Positions 62,742-64,000 of a stretch of DNA of 64,000 nt are shown piece by piece. This stretch comes from Octopus sinensis (taxonomy: Eukaryota). The stretch is taken from contig NC_042997.1 in NCBI RefSeq assembly GCF_006345805.1, forward strand, positions 496,001-560,000, read 5' to 3'. The position numbers and the translations under genes were made by a program. The notes below the pieces were generated by a model. The model was given only the letters and a program-made list of their open reading frames with translations, searched no databases and was not told the DNA's origin. Within the stretch, counting starts at the first letter, position 1. Each line of letters opens with the position of its first letter.

Positions 62742-64000
62742 TAGTTGTTTTTACACAGCTTCTATTGCTAGAGATGCATTACGGTGTCAGCTATTCACCA
62801 CCAGTAAACTGAGGAAACACCCTTTATTATTCGAGCACAATCCGGAGAATTCGAATTGAACCAAGCTGTTGTTTTCTTCAAATGTTACACTCTTATTGCA
62901 GCCCCTATTTGTTACATGTACATCTGAAGCTTTTTACTCACTGTTCCCAGGTCTTTTTCAGCAACCACAACTGCTTAACCTCACAAGCAAACCTGTCATA
63001 TCTATCGAAACTCTCTTTCTTCCTTATCGCATACTTTGTTGTCAGCTGGGCATGCTATATCTATGATCCAGCATCGTGTGCTTTCTTTCTCAATTAACAC
63101 TATATCTGGTTTCATATTCTGTATCTCATGGTCGCACTGAATCATAACATCCCATAGGATTATCATTTTCGATGATACATTCGGGTTTATGTTCGTACCA
63201 CTTTTTGCTCTGTCAAGTCCATACTTGTTGCAAGCTGTCCAATGGACAATCCTTGCTATGTTGTCATGACATTTCATATACTTTCTAGGTTAGCGGCGTA
63301 TATTAACTGGTAATATGCTATACGGTTTCACCTTTTTGTCCACAAATTCTGTTTTTGTCACTTTCTAATGTGTTGTCTATTCTGTATTTGACGTAACTGG
63401 TTCTTAATGTTTGCTCTTGGGCAACAGAGATTAGAGCCTCCGCTTCTGATTTTAAACCAATTTCAGTCATCCATAGCCATCTTTTTACTCTGTCCGTCTT
63501 ATCCTCAACATCCCTATGAAATTGTCCAGACATTCTTTTCATTATCCACCTATATTCAGTTTCATTCATTCTGGGTGGAGTATCCCATATCTAGTCAGCA
63601 ACTTCCTTGTCTTTCTGTCTAAGCTGTTTAGTTCGACGACTACTGTCCATGCGATCAACCCCTGCTCCATATCTAAAGAGTGAAAACGTACAGGTGTTGA
63701 TAGCTTCAATCTTATTCCGTTCGTTTAATTTCAACTTAAGGATCTGTATCAGTCTGCGCAAGTATTCCACCTGAAATTTCTTCCGTCATCTGTTTCTACA
63801 TCAATTTAACCATTTCCAATATCCCCAAGTACTTATAGGCCGTCTCTTCCATCTGCTGCTTTTCTCCATTTGTGATGTCACCATTAGATTTATTGTCTTC
63901 TTCGAAACCATATATATGCCTCTTATCGAGCAAGTTTTATACAACGTTGTCTCAGTCATCCGTTGTGCATTTGTCTGAAGCTTCTTAAATCATTCCCAAA
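62742..64000 (-). mobile_element. R4/Dong-clade element, second copy, internally deleted, runs off the window
   Basis: AYKYLGI, NKIEAINT, LKSEAEALISVAQEQTLRT, HDNIARIVHW, ILWDVMIQCDHEIQNMKPDIVLI..IIDIACPAD (PD-D REL); 3' UTR similar to copy 1. Confidence 0.88.

Overview
This is AT-rich, microsatellite-dense eukaryotic DNA with no host protein-coding gene I can support, so it is probably a large intron or intergenic region. The repeat families (three to four tRNA-headed SINE families; abundant (TA)n, (CA)n, (ATAC)n and (AAT)n) match what I recall from Octopus genomes, but that assignment is pattern recognition, not a database result. Nearly all ORFs in the track are microsatellite read-throughs. 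The real coding remnants are transposable elements: several Penelope-like elements (RT/GIY-YIG), R4/Dong-clade non-LTR elements, RTE and CR1-type LINE fragments, and a Tc1/mariner with IR/DR ends. There is also a 500-bp non-autonomous Helitron and a MITE. The most interesting signal is a set of hammerhead-ribozyme (HHR) motifs. One has a complete catalytic core (57940-58022, minus strand) inside a ~328-bp unit with direct and inverted partial duplications, a retrozyme-like layout. Minimal or degenerate HHRs occur in two short (TA)n-associated repeat families and at the 3' ends of two Penelope relics. All folds were done by eye and none has been tested.
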